From Rebecca billardiae RCC1528 (Eukaryota > Protista > Haptophyta), in assembly GCA_965240325.2 (NCBI GenBank), contig OZ251223.1:3162001-3226000 (forward strand): DNA of 64,000 nucleotides, read 5' to 3'. Shown piece after piece: positions 1 through 11,763 of this stretch. How positions within the stretch are numbered: position 1 is the first letter of the stretch; every line of letters starts with the position of its first letter. The notes below the pieces were generated by a model, which was not told the origin of the DNA, made no database searches, and saw only the letters and a program-made list of their open reading frames with translations. A program made the translations under genes and the position numbers.

Positions 1-126
1 GTCGGAGTAAGATCCATGTCAATGACAAAGTGTCACGGTCTAACTCTAGCATGAGTGGGGCGGACGAGCGAGCAACAAGCCGAGTGACCTGAACATCCAT
101 ACACATATGTGTTCCTGGAATAAGCC

Positions 127-2064
127 TCAGGCTGTGCGAACCCCTGCCCCTGGCGGCCGAGCCAGGTGCGCCGCGAGCCGCAGCGCACACGCCCACGGCG
201 CATCGCAGCCAAACCACGCCGCCGTGCACGCGCGCACGCGCGGCGGCGCCCACACAAGCTGCAGCGTGAGCGACGCCGAGGCGAGCGTGCTCGCGACGCG
301 AAACGCCCGGCGGTAATGGCGCTCAGCGGGCAGCCGCTCGACAGCCGCGGCCGCGATCAGCGCCGCGTGGAAGAGCGACCACGCGAGCGCGAGCACGCGC
401 GGCTGCCACGAGTGGCTGAGCAGCAGCCGCCATGTGCTGCTCAGCACGACGCCCGCCATCAGCGCCTGGCCCAGCGACTGCGGGAAGCAGTACGCGGCGC
501 ACGCGCACGCCGCGCCAACGACGAGCGCCGGCAGCAGGCCGCACGTCAACAGCCTCTCCGCATACTCCACCAGCCCGGCGCCGTCGCCCGTCGCAAGCGC
601 CCACGCGAGCGCTGCCGACGACGGCGGCGCCAGGGTGACGCCCTCGCACTGCTCCGGCTGGAAGGCGCGCAGGCCGGGCACGGAGGCCCACACCGCCGCG
701 GGCTCGAGCGCACACGCGCTCCACGCCACGCCGACGAGTGCCAGACCCGCCCTCGCGCACGCCCAGAAGAACGCGCCCTCCTCGAGCGCGGCCTCCGAGC
801 GCTCGCGCTGCGCGCTCGACTCGCGCGCCGCCGTGTCGTGCGCCGCGCGCGCGCTCTCGACGCGCTGCCGGCGCAGCTCGCGCAAGGCGGCGACGAAGGA
901 CACGGCGAGCTGCTGCTGCTCGCGCGCGCGCGCGGCCTCCTGTGTCTTCGCCTCGCGCCGCGTCGCCTCCTGTGCCTCGAGCTTGCGCAGCCGCTGCGCC
1001 CACTGCTCGCGCCGCGCCGCCCAGATGGGCGTGGCCTGCGCGGCCGCGTCCTCTGCTGAGTAGCCGCTCTCGCGCAGCTCATCGCGGATGGCGGCGACCG
1101 CGCCGGTGAGCTGGCTGGCGTCGAGGCGCTCGCTGAGGTGCGCGGCCTCGGCGCGCGTCGCCTCGAGCGCGCGCTCGTGCTGCAGAGCGGCGCGCGCGTG
1201 GCCGTGCGCCTGCCGGTACGCGCCTTGCAGCTGGGTGGCAAGGCGGCGGGCCTCGTCCGCGCCCGCGCCCGCGTCCGCGCCCGCTGCACTGCTGGGGCTG
1301 CTCAGCCAGCTGCGGCCGTCCAGCACCGCGGCAGCGCTGCTGGCTCCGCCGCCGCAGGCACCTTCGGGCATATCTGAGACGCGGAGATCAGCGTGTGGCG
1401 CGTGAAGCCAGTCGCTGCAACCCGCGCTCGTCGACGAGCTGCTGCTGCATCCGCCGCCGGCGCCGCTCGCGACGAGCGCACGCGACGCTCCGGCCGTCGC
1501 CGACTCGGCGGTGCGGTGGCTGATGGCCGCTGCTCGTGGCGCCAGGCACGTGCACACGTCGTGCTCGACCGCGGCTAGCTGCTCATTCTCGAGCCGCTGC
1601 CGCTTCTCCTCAGCGCCGAGCGCCGCGTTCGCGCGGGCGAGGCGGTCTGAATCCCGCGCACCGTGCGCAGCACGAGCAGCGTCGAGCGCTGCGCAGCGCA
1701 CCGGGTCTGCCCGGCCCAGCGCGGCGCCGATCGCGTACAGCCGGTTCGCCTGCTCAGCTTGCAGACCTCTCCGCTGAGCCAGCTTTAGGAGCGCGACAGC
1801 GCGCCGGCGGCGCCACAGGCGCCCGGCGAACCACCAGCACACGATCACCGTGAGCGGCACGAGGGCGGCCGCTGATGGGGCCAGCGTTTGGCCGTCTGCA
1901 CGCGCGGGCTCAGCCGAGTGACGTGCGTCGCTGCCGATCGGCGAGAAGAGTCGTGCAGAGGTGCCACTTGCGAAGCAGCAGGCGGGCAGCGGCTCGCCCG
2001 GAATCCTCCCAGGCCGCGTCGGGTTGCACTTGGCTGAGGCCGTGCAGTCTTGCCCGCCCGCCAT
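127..2064 (-). CDS. Hypothetical membrane protein: N-terminal TM, long coiled coil, C-terminal multi-TM region
   Basis: 645-aa open frame with host-like GC3 bias. Hydrophobic ALVPLTVIVCWWFAG, then E/R/A/Q-rich heptad segments, then about 5 hydrophobic stretches. No family recognised; start uncertain. Confidence 0.55.
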   Translation of the reverse strand: MAGGQDCTASAKCNPTRPGRIPGEPLPACCFASGTSARLFSPIGSDARHSAEPARADGQTLAPSAAALVPLTVIVCWWFAGRLWRRRRAVALLKLAQRRGLQAEQANRLYAIGAALGRADPVRCAALDAARAAHGARDSDRLARANAALGAEEKRQRLENEQLAAVEHDVCTCLAPRAAAISHRTAESATAGASRALVASGAGGGCSSSSSTSAGCSDWLHAPHADLRVSDMPEGACGGGASSAAAVLDGRSWLSSPSSAAGADAGAGADEARRLATQLQGAYRQAHGHARAALQHERALEATRAEAAHLSERLDASQLTGAVAAIRDELRESGYSAEDAAAQATPIWAARREQWAQRLRKLEAQEATRREAKTQEAARAREQQQLAVSFVAALRELRRQRVESARAAHDTAARESSAQRERSEAALEEGAFFWACARAGLALVGVAWSACALEPAAVWASVPGLRAFQPEQCEGVTLAPPSSAALAWALATGDGAGLVEYAERLLTCGLLPALVVGAACACAAYCFPQSLGQALMAGVVLSSTWRLLLSHSWQPRVLALAWSLFHAALIAAAAVERLPAERHYRRAFRVASTLASASLTLQLVWAPPRVRACTAAWFGCDAPWACALRLAAHLARPPGAGVRTA

Positions 2065-2743
2065 GCTTAGCCGTCCAACTTTTCAAAATGACACTTCGTG
2101 GATTGTCCGGCTGGTGTGCCGCCGACCGGCGACCGCCGTGCGTGCGCGACAAGGGCCAAGGCGGATAATCACATGACGATTATGATGCATCACTCATCAG
2201 CTAGGACAGTAGGCTAGGTTGCCTTAATTAAGTCTAAGAACGAAACACTGGCGTCGCTGTCGTCAGACCGCCGGGCCCGGGACCGCGGGACGGCGCTGCC
2301 GGCGCCACACTGGACACAGGGGCCTCGCTCCGTCGTCTGTCGGGCTGGCAGTCTGAGTCTCATTCCGATCATCAAGCCTGTACGGCTACGGCCCGAAGCC
2401 TACTGCTACGGGGTCCGCGTATACGGCTCACGCACCGCGGGTACGGCGAGTGCGGTACGGACACTACGGTAGTCGGTACGAGGCCGAGCCGTGCGCCCCG
2501 GCGGCTCTAACTGGCTCTAAGCGGCTCACTGTCAGACTCTCCGGGTCAGCGTGGACGTGACCCGCCATTCCGCCGGTCATCACCTAGGCCTAGCGGCTAG
2601 CTGCACCTCATGTGTCACGGCTCACTTGACACTTGACACTTGTCAATGTCAATTGTCATCCCGTCGGATCCGCGCTCCAGAGTCCAGACTCGGCTCGGCC
2701 TCGGGACCGCTCGGGCGGCGCCGTGCCCGGGTGGCGTGGCGCG

Positions 2744-4874
2744 TCATGCTGCCAGCGCACCAGGTGCGACCTCGGCGCTGCTGATGGCGTCGGAGTCCAA
2801 GGACTCGTCGGTCGTCAGGCTGCTGACGGCGCTGAGGCCGCTGTCGCTCGTGCGCAGGACGCGCACAGTGACAAAGTCCGCCTGTGCCTCCAGGTCGTCC
2901 ACCTGGACGTCCACCTCGCTGTTTCGCACGGCGCTGTTGCGCTCATCGGGGCGCGCGCCGACTGCAGCCGGCGGCGCAGCGGGCGCCACCTCGATCGCGG
3001 GCATGATCCGGATTGTCGAAGCACTGCTCGCTGTCAGCCAGCTGCCACTCCTGGGGCTCTGGAGCCACTCGCATGCCGCCGCAACGTGCGCGCCCCTGAA
3101 GCTGCCCTCGCCGGACGGCCGTCGGCAGGGAGGCATCACGCCGAACGCGCTGCCTCCTGCGGGCGCGGGGAGGGTGAGGCTGGGTGTCTTGCTCTTCTGC
3201 GAGCTGGAGCGCCGAACCCTCCGACGCCACGACGAGTCGGAGACCAACTCCTGCGGCGCTGCACCGGCGCCCCGCAGGCTCGCTGGGCGCGAGAGGCACT
3301 CGAGCAACGTCTCACGCACCGCCTGATTAAAGCCCGCGATGCCGCCCGCGCCCGCCTCGATCACGGCGAGCAGGCGGTCGGTGTCGGCTTGCATCGTGCA
3401 CGTCGCCCGCTGCACGTCGTACTCCTCGATCCGCGCGCGCATCGCCCTGTACCGCAGCTGCGGCGCGAGCGCAGGCGAGTGCAGCAGCAGCACCTCGACG
3501 CCCGCGCGGTCCGCGCCCATCAGCATGAACATCGAGAGCTCGCTCGCGCACCACATGCGCTCGAGCGTGGTGTCGCCGAGCAGGAAGAGGAGCTTCGACG
3601 CGGTGGCCAGCCAGATGGGCAGGCACGCCAGCGCCTGCGAGATGTCCCGCTGCCCGCCGGCGGTCGTGGGCCCGGGCGCGATGCACGCGCGGTCGAGCCA
3701 GATCATCGGCTCGCGCCCCTCCTGCAGCACAAACAGCGCGCGCCACTCCTGCAGCGCGGCGAACTTGGCCGCGCCGTCGTCGCTCCACTGCGGGGGGGAA
3801 GCGCGCGGGGCGGCGCGTGGGGCGAGGGAGGGGCAACGCGGCCGTCAGCGGTCGAGCGCGCGCGCACGGGCCGGACCACAGCGCGCCGCCCACCAGCTCC
3901 AGCGCGCCGCGCCCGCGCCGCACCGAGTGCGAGACGAAGGCGTCCACATCGCCGTAGTTCCCAGGCTGCGAGCGCTCGTACAGCGTCGCGCTCGGAGTCG
4001 AGCTGCTCAGGTCGTCCACGCGCAGCTCGCTGATGGCGATGCAGCGGAGCGTGGAGCGAGCGAGCCGCTCCGCCTCGCCCGCCGAGAAGCGGCCGAGCAG
4101 GCTGCTGAGGCCGACCGCCGTGCGCTCCTCCCCCGTGCGCCTGCCCAGCCAAGCCTGCACTCGCCACTTGAGCCCCGGCAGGCGCATCATCGCGCCGATG
4201 ATGAGGCACTCGGCGACGAGGACCGCGCGCAGGGCGATCACTACGGCGCCGTTGTGCCCGATCTGCGTCTCGGGGCGGTACCACGCCACGAACGCGTACG
4301 AGCCGAGGTTGGCACCGGTGAACAGCAGGCTGTCGGAGGTGAACGTCCACAGACCGTCGTGCATCGCGCGCAGCGTGCGCCTGAGCGTGAGCGCGTGGCG
4401 CACGCTCTGTGCGACGAAGAAGAGCACCGCTGCAAGCGAGTGCAGGGCGACGAATTGGGAGTACCAGCACGGCACGGGCCTGCGCGACACGGAGACGCAC
4501 GCGAGGTCCGAGTCCGAGAGGAGCGGTGAGAGCACTCTCTCGACCATGGCCACGCGGAGAGCGGCGAGGACGAGGTACACGACGGCGGCACTGACGGCGA
4601 GGACGGGCACGAGGATTCGGTCCCTCGGCAGGGTGCCCAAGATGGCGCACACGGCGCCGGGCAGCACGCACACGTAGCCATACAGCTCGTTGAGGTATGC
4701 GATGCGCAGGCCCACACCGATCGAGACAAAGACTGCAGAGGCCAAAAAGGTGGGCGTGCGCACCCTTGCCTCGAATCGGCGGCCTGCCGCTTGCGCCGAC
4801 TCGAGGTGCTCGCGCACCGCGCGTATGCTCGCCTCCTCGCGCACGAGTTCGAGCGTCTGCGGTGTGCTCGCCAT
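2744..4874 (-). CDS. Multi-pass (about 6 TM) membrane protein with C-terminal TIR-like domain; 2 exons, about 664 aa
   Basis: Removing intron 3788-3923 (GTGCGG...CCGCAG on minus) joins DAFVSHS|WSDDGAAKFAAL...IWLDRACI...LPIWLA...RMWCASEL, the SHSW / WLD-x2-CI / WC-x2-EL signature of TIR-like domains. Six hydrophobic segments in exon 1. Confidence 0.8.
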
Positions 4875-5241
4875 GTGACCCCCCACCAACATGCGAGCGA
4901 GGCGCGTCGAGTGATTGCGCGGCGGGAAAGGCTGCGAGATGGCGAGATCGACGAAGAACTTACAAAAATACCGCCAGGGTATTTTATATTAACGACGTGG
5001 TATGCAACGGGCAGGCGTCAGAGTCAGCAAGCTGTAGCAGCAGATCGAGCAGCAGAGACAAACACCAGGATCAGCGCTCCTCGCCGTCGTCCCCCCCCTC
5101 ATAGTCGCCCATCACTCCTATATAAGCCTTTTCAGCCAATTGGTAATCACTTCTTGAACAGTAGTTTACGTTACGAGGACTGGCGCCGGATGAAATAATT
5201 AGGAGAGCTTCATCATATTCGGCATCGAGCGGCTGCTGACC

Positions 5242-5905
5242 GAGGCCATTCCACCGAAATCAGCCGGCGGGTGGGGACCCCAGAAGCGCCTTCGGGTGGG
5301 GAGGTCCCCACCCGAGCGCGCACTCGGGTGGGGAGGGCGAGCTCCGCAGTGCGCGGCCGCCGGCGACGCGCACCGCGGTCGTCGCTCGAGTCTCCGCGGC
5401 GCGCGCGCGAGTCTGCGCGGCCCGCGCGCGCGTCCTACGGGCGCGCACGGCCAATCTGCCCTCGCGCGCCGCTGGCTGCGCGCCTCTCCGCCGCTCACGC
5501 CGCTCGCCAATGGCCCGCGACTGCGCGTCGGCACGTTTGTCTGCTGCGGCCGACCGCGAACGCGCACAGGCGGGCACAAGGAAGTCGGACGATGATTTGC
5601 TGTCGTGTTGTGCGCGGACCATGTGTATGCGCTCCGCCCAGCCGCGCGCGTCGGTCGCGCACGCCGACCAAGGCGAGCTCGAGCGCGCGCGCAAGCTGGC
5701 GCTCGCGCGTTTTGGACCCATGAAGGTGCCAGCGACTCGAGCGCGCCCAAGCGTCGGTAGAGCGCGCGGCGCGCTCGCGCGAGGAGCTGTGTGGTCGCAG
5801 ATCGCCCGCAGGCTTGCGCCCTGGGCGATCCGCGCCCTCGCATGCGCCAGCCGCGCGAGGCAGCGGCGCGTCGCACATGCCGGCCGCGCGAGCGCAGCGC
5901 GCGCC
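5242..5905 (+). repeat. Left 664-bp inverted repeat arm
   Basis: Near-identical translated ORFs on opposite strands (e.g. 5495..5878- vs 7570..8073+); direct sequence comparison of both ends. Confidence 0.95.
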
Positions 5906-7662
5906 TTGCTACCTGTAGCCTACTCGATGCCATTAGACAACGGTGCTAGTCAATCTGAGTCATAGGCTGAGACAAGGGGACAGCATGCTCGCGGGACCAA
6001 GAGCGTGTCAGACGCGGGCATTGTCACTTGAATATTGGCGCAGGTACGCTAGTTTCGGCAGTACAATGTACGCACGCGTCGCGGCCACACTTCGTTGCAT
6101 CGTGGCCGCCTGCGCTGTGGTCGACAGCGCCGTTCACAGCGAGCACATTGTCACACAGCGCCGCCTCAGACGCACGCCACGCCCGAATTGGCCACGTGCT
6201 GTGCCACTCACTCTGGCTGGTAAGCGCGCAAGAAGGCTGTGCGCGCAGAGTGTGTCCAGCTGCGCCGTGTTCCCGAGCACGGACCGCAGCAGCTGGGGGT
6301 TGGCGCAGGAGTCCGGACTGCGTGGCGCTGGCGCGGTGAATGCGCATCGGCGCGGCGATGGCGGTGCGTCAGGCACCGCCGATGGCTCCGCGGCGGCAAG
6401 TTCGTCCGGCATAGCCATCAGCTCTGTCAGAGACACTTCAGGCGCAACGACCGCACGCGCTCGTCAAGGCAACCGCATTGGCATCCAAGTCGTCCACGGC
6501 GGCAGCCTGGCACTGACTGGGACGACAAAGGCGCGGCGTCAGAGGCACTGAGTCGACACGACCGTGGCCGCCCGTGCCACCTCTTCGCCGCCGACACGCC
6601 GTCAACCGAAGATGAAGGGGCTGCTCGCGGCCGCCGAGGCCGCCGTTAGCCGGTCTGCCATCCTCTGCGTGCAGACTGCCACGAGGATGCGTGGGCTGCG
6701 GCCTGCGAGCACCGGCCGTCAGGCGGCCAGCCACCGCGGCGGCCGCGGGCCGATGCTGCTGATAAAAGCGCGGCGGCGCTGCGCGGCCCAGCGCAGCCCG
6801 TGTGACCTGAGCCTTGCGCGCCACCGCAGGCCGCGGCGGCGACAGGCCAAGTGGGCCGCGCGCGCGCGTCGCCGCGAGCCACCGCGGCCATCGGACTCGG
6901 TCTCATCCAGAGTCTCGCCGCAGTCAGCGGGCGGGCGCCGACGGGCCCGCCGACCGATCCCAGGGCAGGCGGCCGCGCGGCCGAGGCCGGTCCGCTGCGA
7001 CGGCATGCGCCGTGCAGCCCGCACCGAATGCGGTTCAATCACGACCACGACAGAAAGCTGCTCAGAGGCGTCGTACGTCAAGCCCCGTGCTCCATGCTGA
7101 GCCGACGTCACTGCGCCTGCCATACGTCAACGGCTGAGGGCCCTTGCCACTGAGTCCTCATCGCAGCATGAGTCGATCAATCAACACGCAGTCGTTGCCG
7201 CCTGGCGCCCAAGTTGCTCCTTGCCCACGCTCGCGTCTGCATCGATGCTGTGCAGAGCACTCCTTCGGGGCTATCGCTGGCGTTGATTCCGAACTGCGCA
7301 CGCAGCGACTCCATTCGAGATGAGTACGCGTGGCGCTGAACGCCCGAGTCAGTACCGGGCTGTACGCGTCCTCGTCATGACAGCCGGAGACGATGGTGGT
7401 GTCGTGTGGCGACTGGTTGCGCAACCCTCACCTGGCGACAGCAACGCAGCGCGGACTTGGGAGTCTGTCGTGACGATTCTGCAGATGTGCTATCCAAAGA
7501 CGAAGCACGTGCGAGGATCAGAAGAGGCTTAGGTGCGCCATCGCGCTGGTACACAACCTACCCGTTCAAGTGTACGCCCTGCGCGCCGTCCGCATCCTCG
7601 CGCAGGCTAGCACACAGCTGAGGCTCAGAGGCACACCAGCTGCGGCCGCTGCACGCAGGCTT

Positions 7663-8326
7663 GGCGCGCGCCGCGCTCGCGCGGCCGGCATGTGCGACGC
7701 GCCGCTGCCTCGCGCGGCTGGCGCATGCGAGGGCGCGGATCGCCCAGGGCGCAAGCCTGCGGGCGATCTGCGACCACACAGCTCCTCGCGCGAGCGCGCC
7801 GCGCGCTCTACCGACGCTTGGGCGCGCTCGAGTCGCTGGCACCTTCATGGGTCCAAAACGCGCGAGCGCCAGCTTGCGCGCGCGCTCGAGCTCGCCTTGG
7901 TCGGCGTGCGCGACCGACGCGCGCGGCTGGGCGGAGCGCATACACATGGTCCGCGCACAACACGACAGCAAATCATCGTCCGACTTCCTTGTGCCCGCCT
8001 GTGCGCGTTCGCGGTCGGCCGCAGCAGACAAACGTGCCGACGCGCAGTCGCGGGCCATTGGCGAGCGGCGTGAGCGGCGGAGAGGCGCGCAGCCAGCGGC
8101 GCGCGAGGGCAGATTGGCCGTGCGCGCCCGTAGGACGCGCGCGCGGGCCGCGCAGACTCGCGCGCGCGCCGCGGAGACTCGAGCGACGACCGCGGTGCGC
8201 GCCGCCGGCGGCCGCGCATTGCGGAGCTCGCCCTCCCCACCCGAGTGCGCGCTCGGGTGGGGACCTCCCCACCCGAAGGCGCTTCTGGGGTCCCCACCCG
8301 CCGGCTGATTTCGGTGGAATGGCCTC
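7663..8326 (-). repeat. Right 664-bp inverted repeat arm
   Basis: Reverse complement of 5242-5905. Confidence 0.95.
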
Positions 8327-8445
8327 TGACCACCTGCCGCCGGTTGATGGCAATAATGATGATTAGTTGATTATCGAATGTTGTTGATCTCGCGCGGTTT
8401 TCTCGCCATAATCTCGGCGAGCTGCCCATCAAACCAGGTCGGGAA

Positions 8446-8586
8446 TCAACAGCCCGCGCCCGTGCGCTCGGTTGGCAGCAGGGGTGTGTGCACGTGCTCC
8501 GCGGAACACGATACACTCAACAGCCCGCCCGTGCGCTCGGTTGGCAGCAGCCGGCGGGGGGGATGCACGTGCTCCGCGGAACACGA
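8446..8586 (+). repeat. Two-copy tandem repeat, about 70-bp unit
   Basis: TCAACAGCCCGC..CCGTGCGCTCGGTTGGCAGCAG...TGCACGTGCTCCGCGGAACACGA at 8446-8511 and 8517-8586. Confidence 0.9.
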
Positions 8587-8764
8587 CCGCCGTCCGGGCC
8601 GGCTGTACCGTACACGTCGCCCGCGGAACGCTTACGCTCACGGCCCGAAGTTCCACGCGCCCCGCGAATCCCGCTCTCACAGCTGCTCAGTCACGGCCGC
8701 GAGTTTACCTTGCTGTGCCCTCCACCCGCCCCAGGATCCTCCCAAAGCCGTCCTGTCCAGGAGG

Positions 8765-8794
8765 GCTCATGACCTTCCGTGGAAGGTCATGAGC
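8765..8794. repeat. Palindrome, 14-bp perfect stem with 2-nt loop
   Basis: GCTCATGACCTTCC-GT-GGAAGGTCATGAGC. Confidence 0.9.
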
Positions 8795-9482
8795 TCCCGC
8801 GGACTCACAGTGCGCGCAGGCCGCCGCCTCGAGGCGAGATGAGCACCAAGGCCCGTCACAGGGCTCGTACACGCGCGCTTGACTGCGGCGGCTGAGATCG
8901 CTGGAGGGGTGGCGCGTTGTGCTCATCCTCAGTGCACACACGTGAGTGACCTTCGGCGCGGCAGACATGTGCCGCTGCTTGGGCCCTCCTCCGCCTCGGC
9001 TAGCGCGGTCGACGCCTCGACTACAAGTACTGCAACGGTCGCCAAAGCCAAGCGTTGCCTACTGAGTCCGCTTCTGCCCGTGGCACGCGCTTGAATGGCG
9101 CCTTGAGCGCGCGCGCATTGGAAACATATACACTGGCCCTCTCTCCAGATAGCGCGCGCCTCAGGGCTCCTGCAGCACATTCTGTGCGATGACGCAGTGC
9201 AGCGTAGCTAGGCGCCTGCCAGCCTGTTGTCGAAACGCACCAACTTGGCCAGTGAGCATGGGTGCAGACGACGTCGGGAAGCCGAGACATGAGCGCCGGA
9301 AGGGGTTACGAGGTACTACCAGACCAGCCAACCTGGCGCACCGTCGCACAGCCCTCGCCTACGCGCACCGGACGCACGACCCGAGCGAAGCTGCCCGCGC
9401 GGCGGACGGCCATTTCATTTCAAATGTTTTCGCGGAGTCAGTGGGCGGGCCCCCGACGGAGCTTGACGTACTGGGGCTGGGA

Positions 9483-9522
9483 CAGGTGGATGAACATCGG
9501 GCGCCCGATGTTCATCCACCTG
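9483..9522. repeat. Perfect 40-bp palindrome
   Basis: CAGGTGGATGAACATCGGGC|GCCCGATGTTCATCCACCTG, no spacer. Confidence 0.95.
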
Positions 9523-9711
9523 CGAGTGCGGGTGTACGCCAGAGGACTGCCCAGCCGCCGCCATCATTTTCCGGAAGGATACAGTTTACCCCCATACTAA
9601 GAATAAGAGACGCACACACAGTGCAACGAAGGAGTCCGGGCGCCGCCCTGCGCAAGTGAATACCAGTTCGCCGACAGCCGACGACAGCGTGGCTCACGAC
9701 TCAGCGCCGCC

Positions 9712-11328
9712 ATGACTGGGTCGAGGCGCACTTCGTTCGCCCTGAGCCCCGTCAAGAAGGTCGAGGAGACGGAGGTCGACCTGGATGTGCTTCTGCGCAA
9801 GTACGCCACGCAGATCAGCGCTCTGCAGCAGCACGAGACCCTCAAGCCGCTGCTCGACCCGGTCGAGCACGACGACGTCTTCCTCCTGCGGCACATCCTC
9901 TCTACCAAGGGTGTGCTCGAGAGGGCGGCGTCCTCCGCGGAGCAGTGCATCGTGTGGCGTCGTGAGAATGCCGAGCTCCTGCGCCAGGCCGAAGAGCTCC
10001 ACCATCGCGTCAAGGAGGTGCTGCCAGTCGGCATGCTGCCGCATGCTTCGACGCTGGACCAGCCCATCCAGGTGGTGATGCCCTTCCAGGTGCAGCTCGA
10101 GCGCTGGGCGACGAGCCCGCTCGACTGGCACTTTCAGACAGGCATCGCCAACCGCGAGATCGCGTACCGGCTGTGCGACCGCATCACGCGCCAGCGGCGC
10201 AAGCTGATCAAGCTGATCCTGCTGCAGGACCTGAGCGGGCTCACCTTTGGGTTCATCCGCTCGCAGTACAGGCTGGGGAGCGTGCAGGGCAGGCTCAGCA
10301 AGATCTCCTCGTTCGTGTATCCGCAGGTGCGCGCGCGCGCGCACCGCCTTGTGCCGCATGGTCGCTCCCCGCGTCGCCCTCGGCCGACCGACCGAGAGGG
10401 TCCGGCGCGCTGACGCGCGCCGCGCGCGCTGACGCGGCGTGTGCCCGCGCGCACGCGTGCCGCACGGTGTCGCGCGCAGATGCTCGCGACCGTTGTGATT
10501 GTGAACGCGCCGTCGTTCATGTCCACCCTGTTCCGCCTCGGGTCGAACTTCGTCTCGCAGAAGGTGCTGGACAAGATGAAGGTCTGCCGCGATGCGGACG
10601 AGGTGTGCGCAGCGGCAAACCTCGAGTACGAGCGGCTGCCGTCCTTCCTGGGCGGCGGGTACGACTGGGAGGCGAGCTGGATCCCAGAGAAGCTGCGCGT
10701 GCTGGGGCGGGAGGGGGCGGCGGAGAGAGGGCGGACGAAGGCGAAGCACAGCTTCCGCGCCGAGAGCGAGCCTGGCGTGCGCTCGGCCGCAGGCACCGGA
10801 GCGTCCGAGCCCAGCGGGCAGGACCGGCAGCGGGGCGACGCGGCGCCGGCCGCTCAGCCGCAGGGCGGCGCTGCCGTGCCGAGCTTGGTCGCGCCCACTC
10901 CGGCCCCGACAGCTGTCTCCGTGCCCGCCGTGCAGGCCAGTTCCACGAAGCGCCCGCGCGAGCGGCAGAGCTCGCGGTCCGTGCTCGTGATGCTGGTGCG
11001 TCCGCGCCGCGCGCCGTGCCGCTCGCCCGTGCACGCTCCTCCAGCTGCGGCGGCTGCTGAGACCGCTCGCTGCCCTCCCACTCGCTTCGGCGGTCACCCC
11101 CAATGCTCCCCGCAGGCCCTCGGAGTCGCCATGGCGCTCGGCGGGCGCGTGTTCTGCAGCTCCCCCCTGGGTGCTCCCTTGTGCACGCAGCTCGACGCGT
11201 GGCACTCGGCGTGGACAACCCCGCCGTGTGCCGCGCGCAGTGTGTGCACTGCAGCGGCCAGCGCGGGCAAGCAGCTCTCACGAGGTGGAGGCGAGCGAGC
11301 GACCGTGGTGCGGCGACGCGGCACTTAG
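9712..11328 (+). CDS. CRAL-TRIO (Sec14-like) lipid-binding protein with probable C-terminal membrane anchor; 3 exons, about 447 aa
   Basis: DDVFLLRHIL...CIVWRREN (CRAL-TRIO N-terminus), LILLQDLSGL, and YPQ|MLATVVIVNAPSFMSTLFRL...LPSFLGG after removing intron 10327-10479. A second intron 10996-11115 (GTGCGT...CCGCAG) joins VLVML|ALGVAMALGG into a hydrophobic tail. Confidence 0.85.
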
Positions 11329-11763
11329 CCTTAGGCAGATTAGTGTGCCACTGCTCCGGCAATGTCACTTGGCTTGGGGCTGATGCGCAGGATACCAGTC
11401 ATCGACGATACCCCTTGCATGGCCCGCGCTCCGCCCTTGAGTTCAGCTCTACTACTTTAGTTGTAGTGGCACAGCGTGGTGTGAGCCGGTCGGGCGGTCG
11501 GCAGCCGCGCGCATCGTCATGCACAAATTTGAAATTGCGCTGATGAAAACCCAAAATAAAATGTCTGATACTCTGATCAGAGCCAAATATACACGCAACT
11601 GCCTGCCCACCGGCCGCCCGAGGCCGCCGCGTCTTCCGCGGAATCCAGGCGCCGGCCGCGTTGCGCTGCGCGCGAACACGTCGGCCAGCACGCGCGTGCG
11701 GCGGGCCTAGCGGTGACACGTTGGCGCCAACGGCTGGCGGCACGTCGTCCCTCCTGACGCGCT

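Larger units (their letters stand above)
5242..8326. mobile_element. Non-autonomous DNA-transposon-like (foldback) element with 664-bp terminal inverted repeats and 5-bp TSD
   Basis: 5242-5905 is the reverse complement of 7663-8326 (at least 3 substitutions seen). Termini GAGGCC...GGCCTC. TGACC directly flanks both ends (5237-5241, 8327-8331). No transposase recognised in the 1.76-kb interior. Confidence 0.75.

Noticed and set aside
2380-2480. Cluster of TACGG words
   Set aside because: Irregular spacing and short motif; cannot distinguish from low-complexity intergenic DNA.
5906-7662. Transposase or captured gene inside the long-TIR element
   Set aside because: Only short stop-interrupted frames; no DDE, zinc-finger or other recognisable motif.
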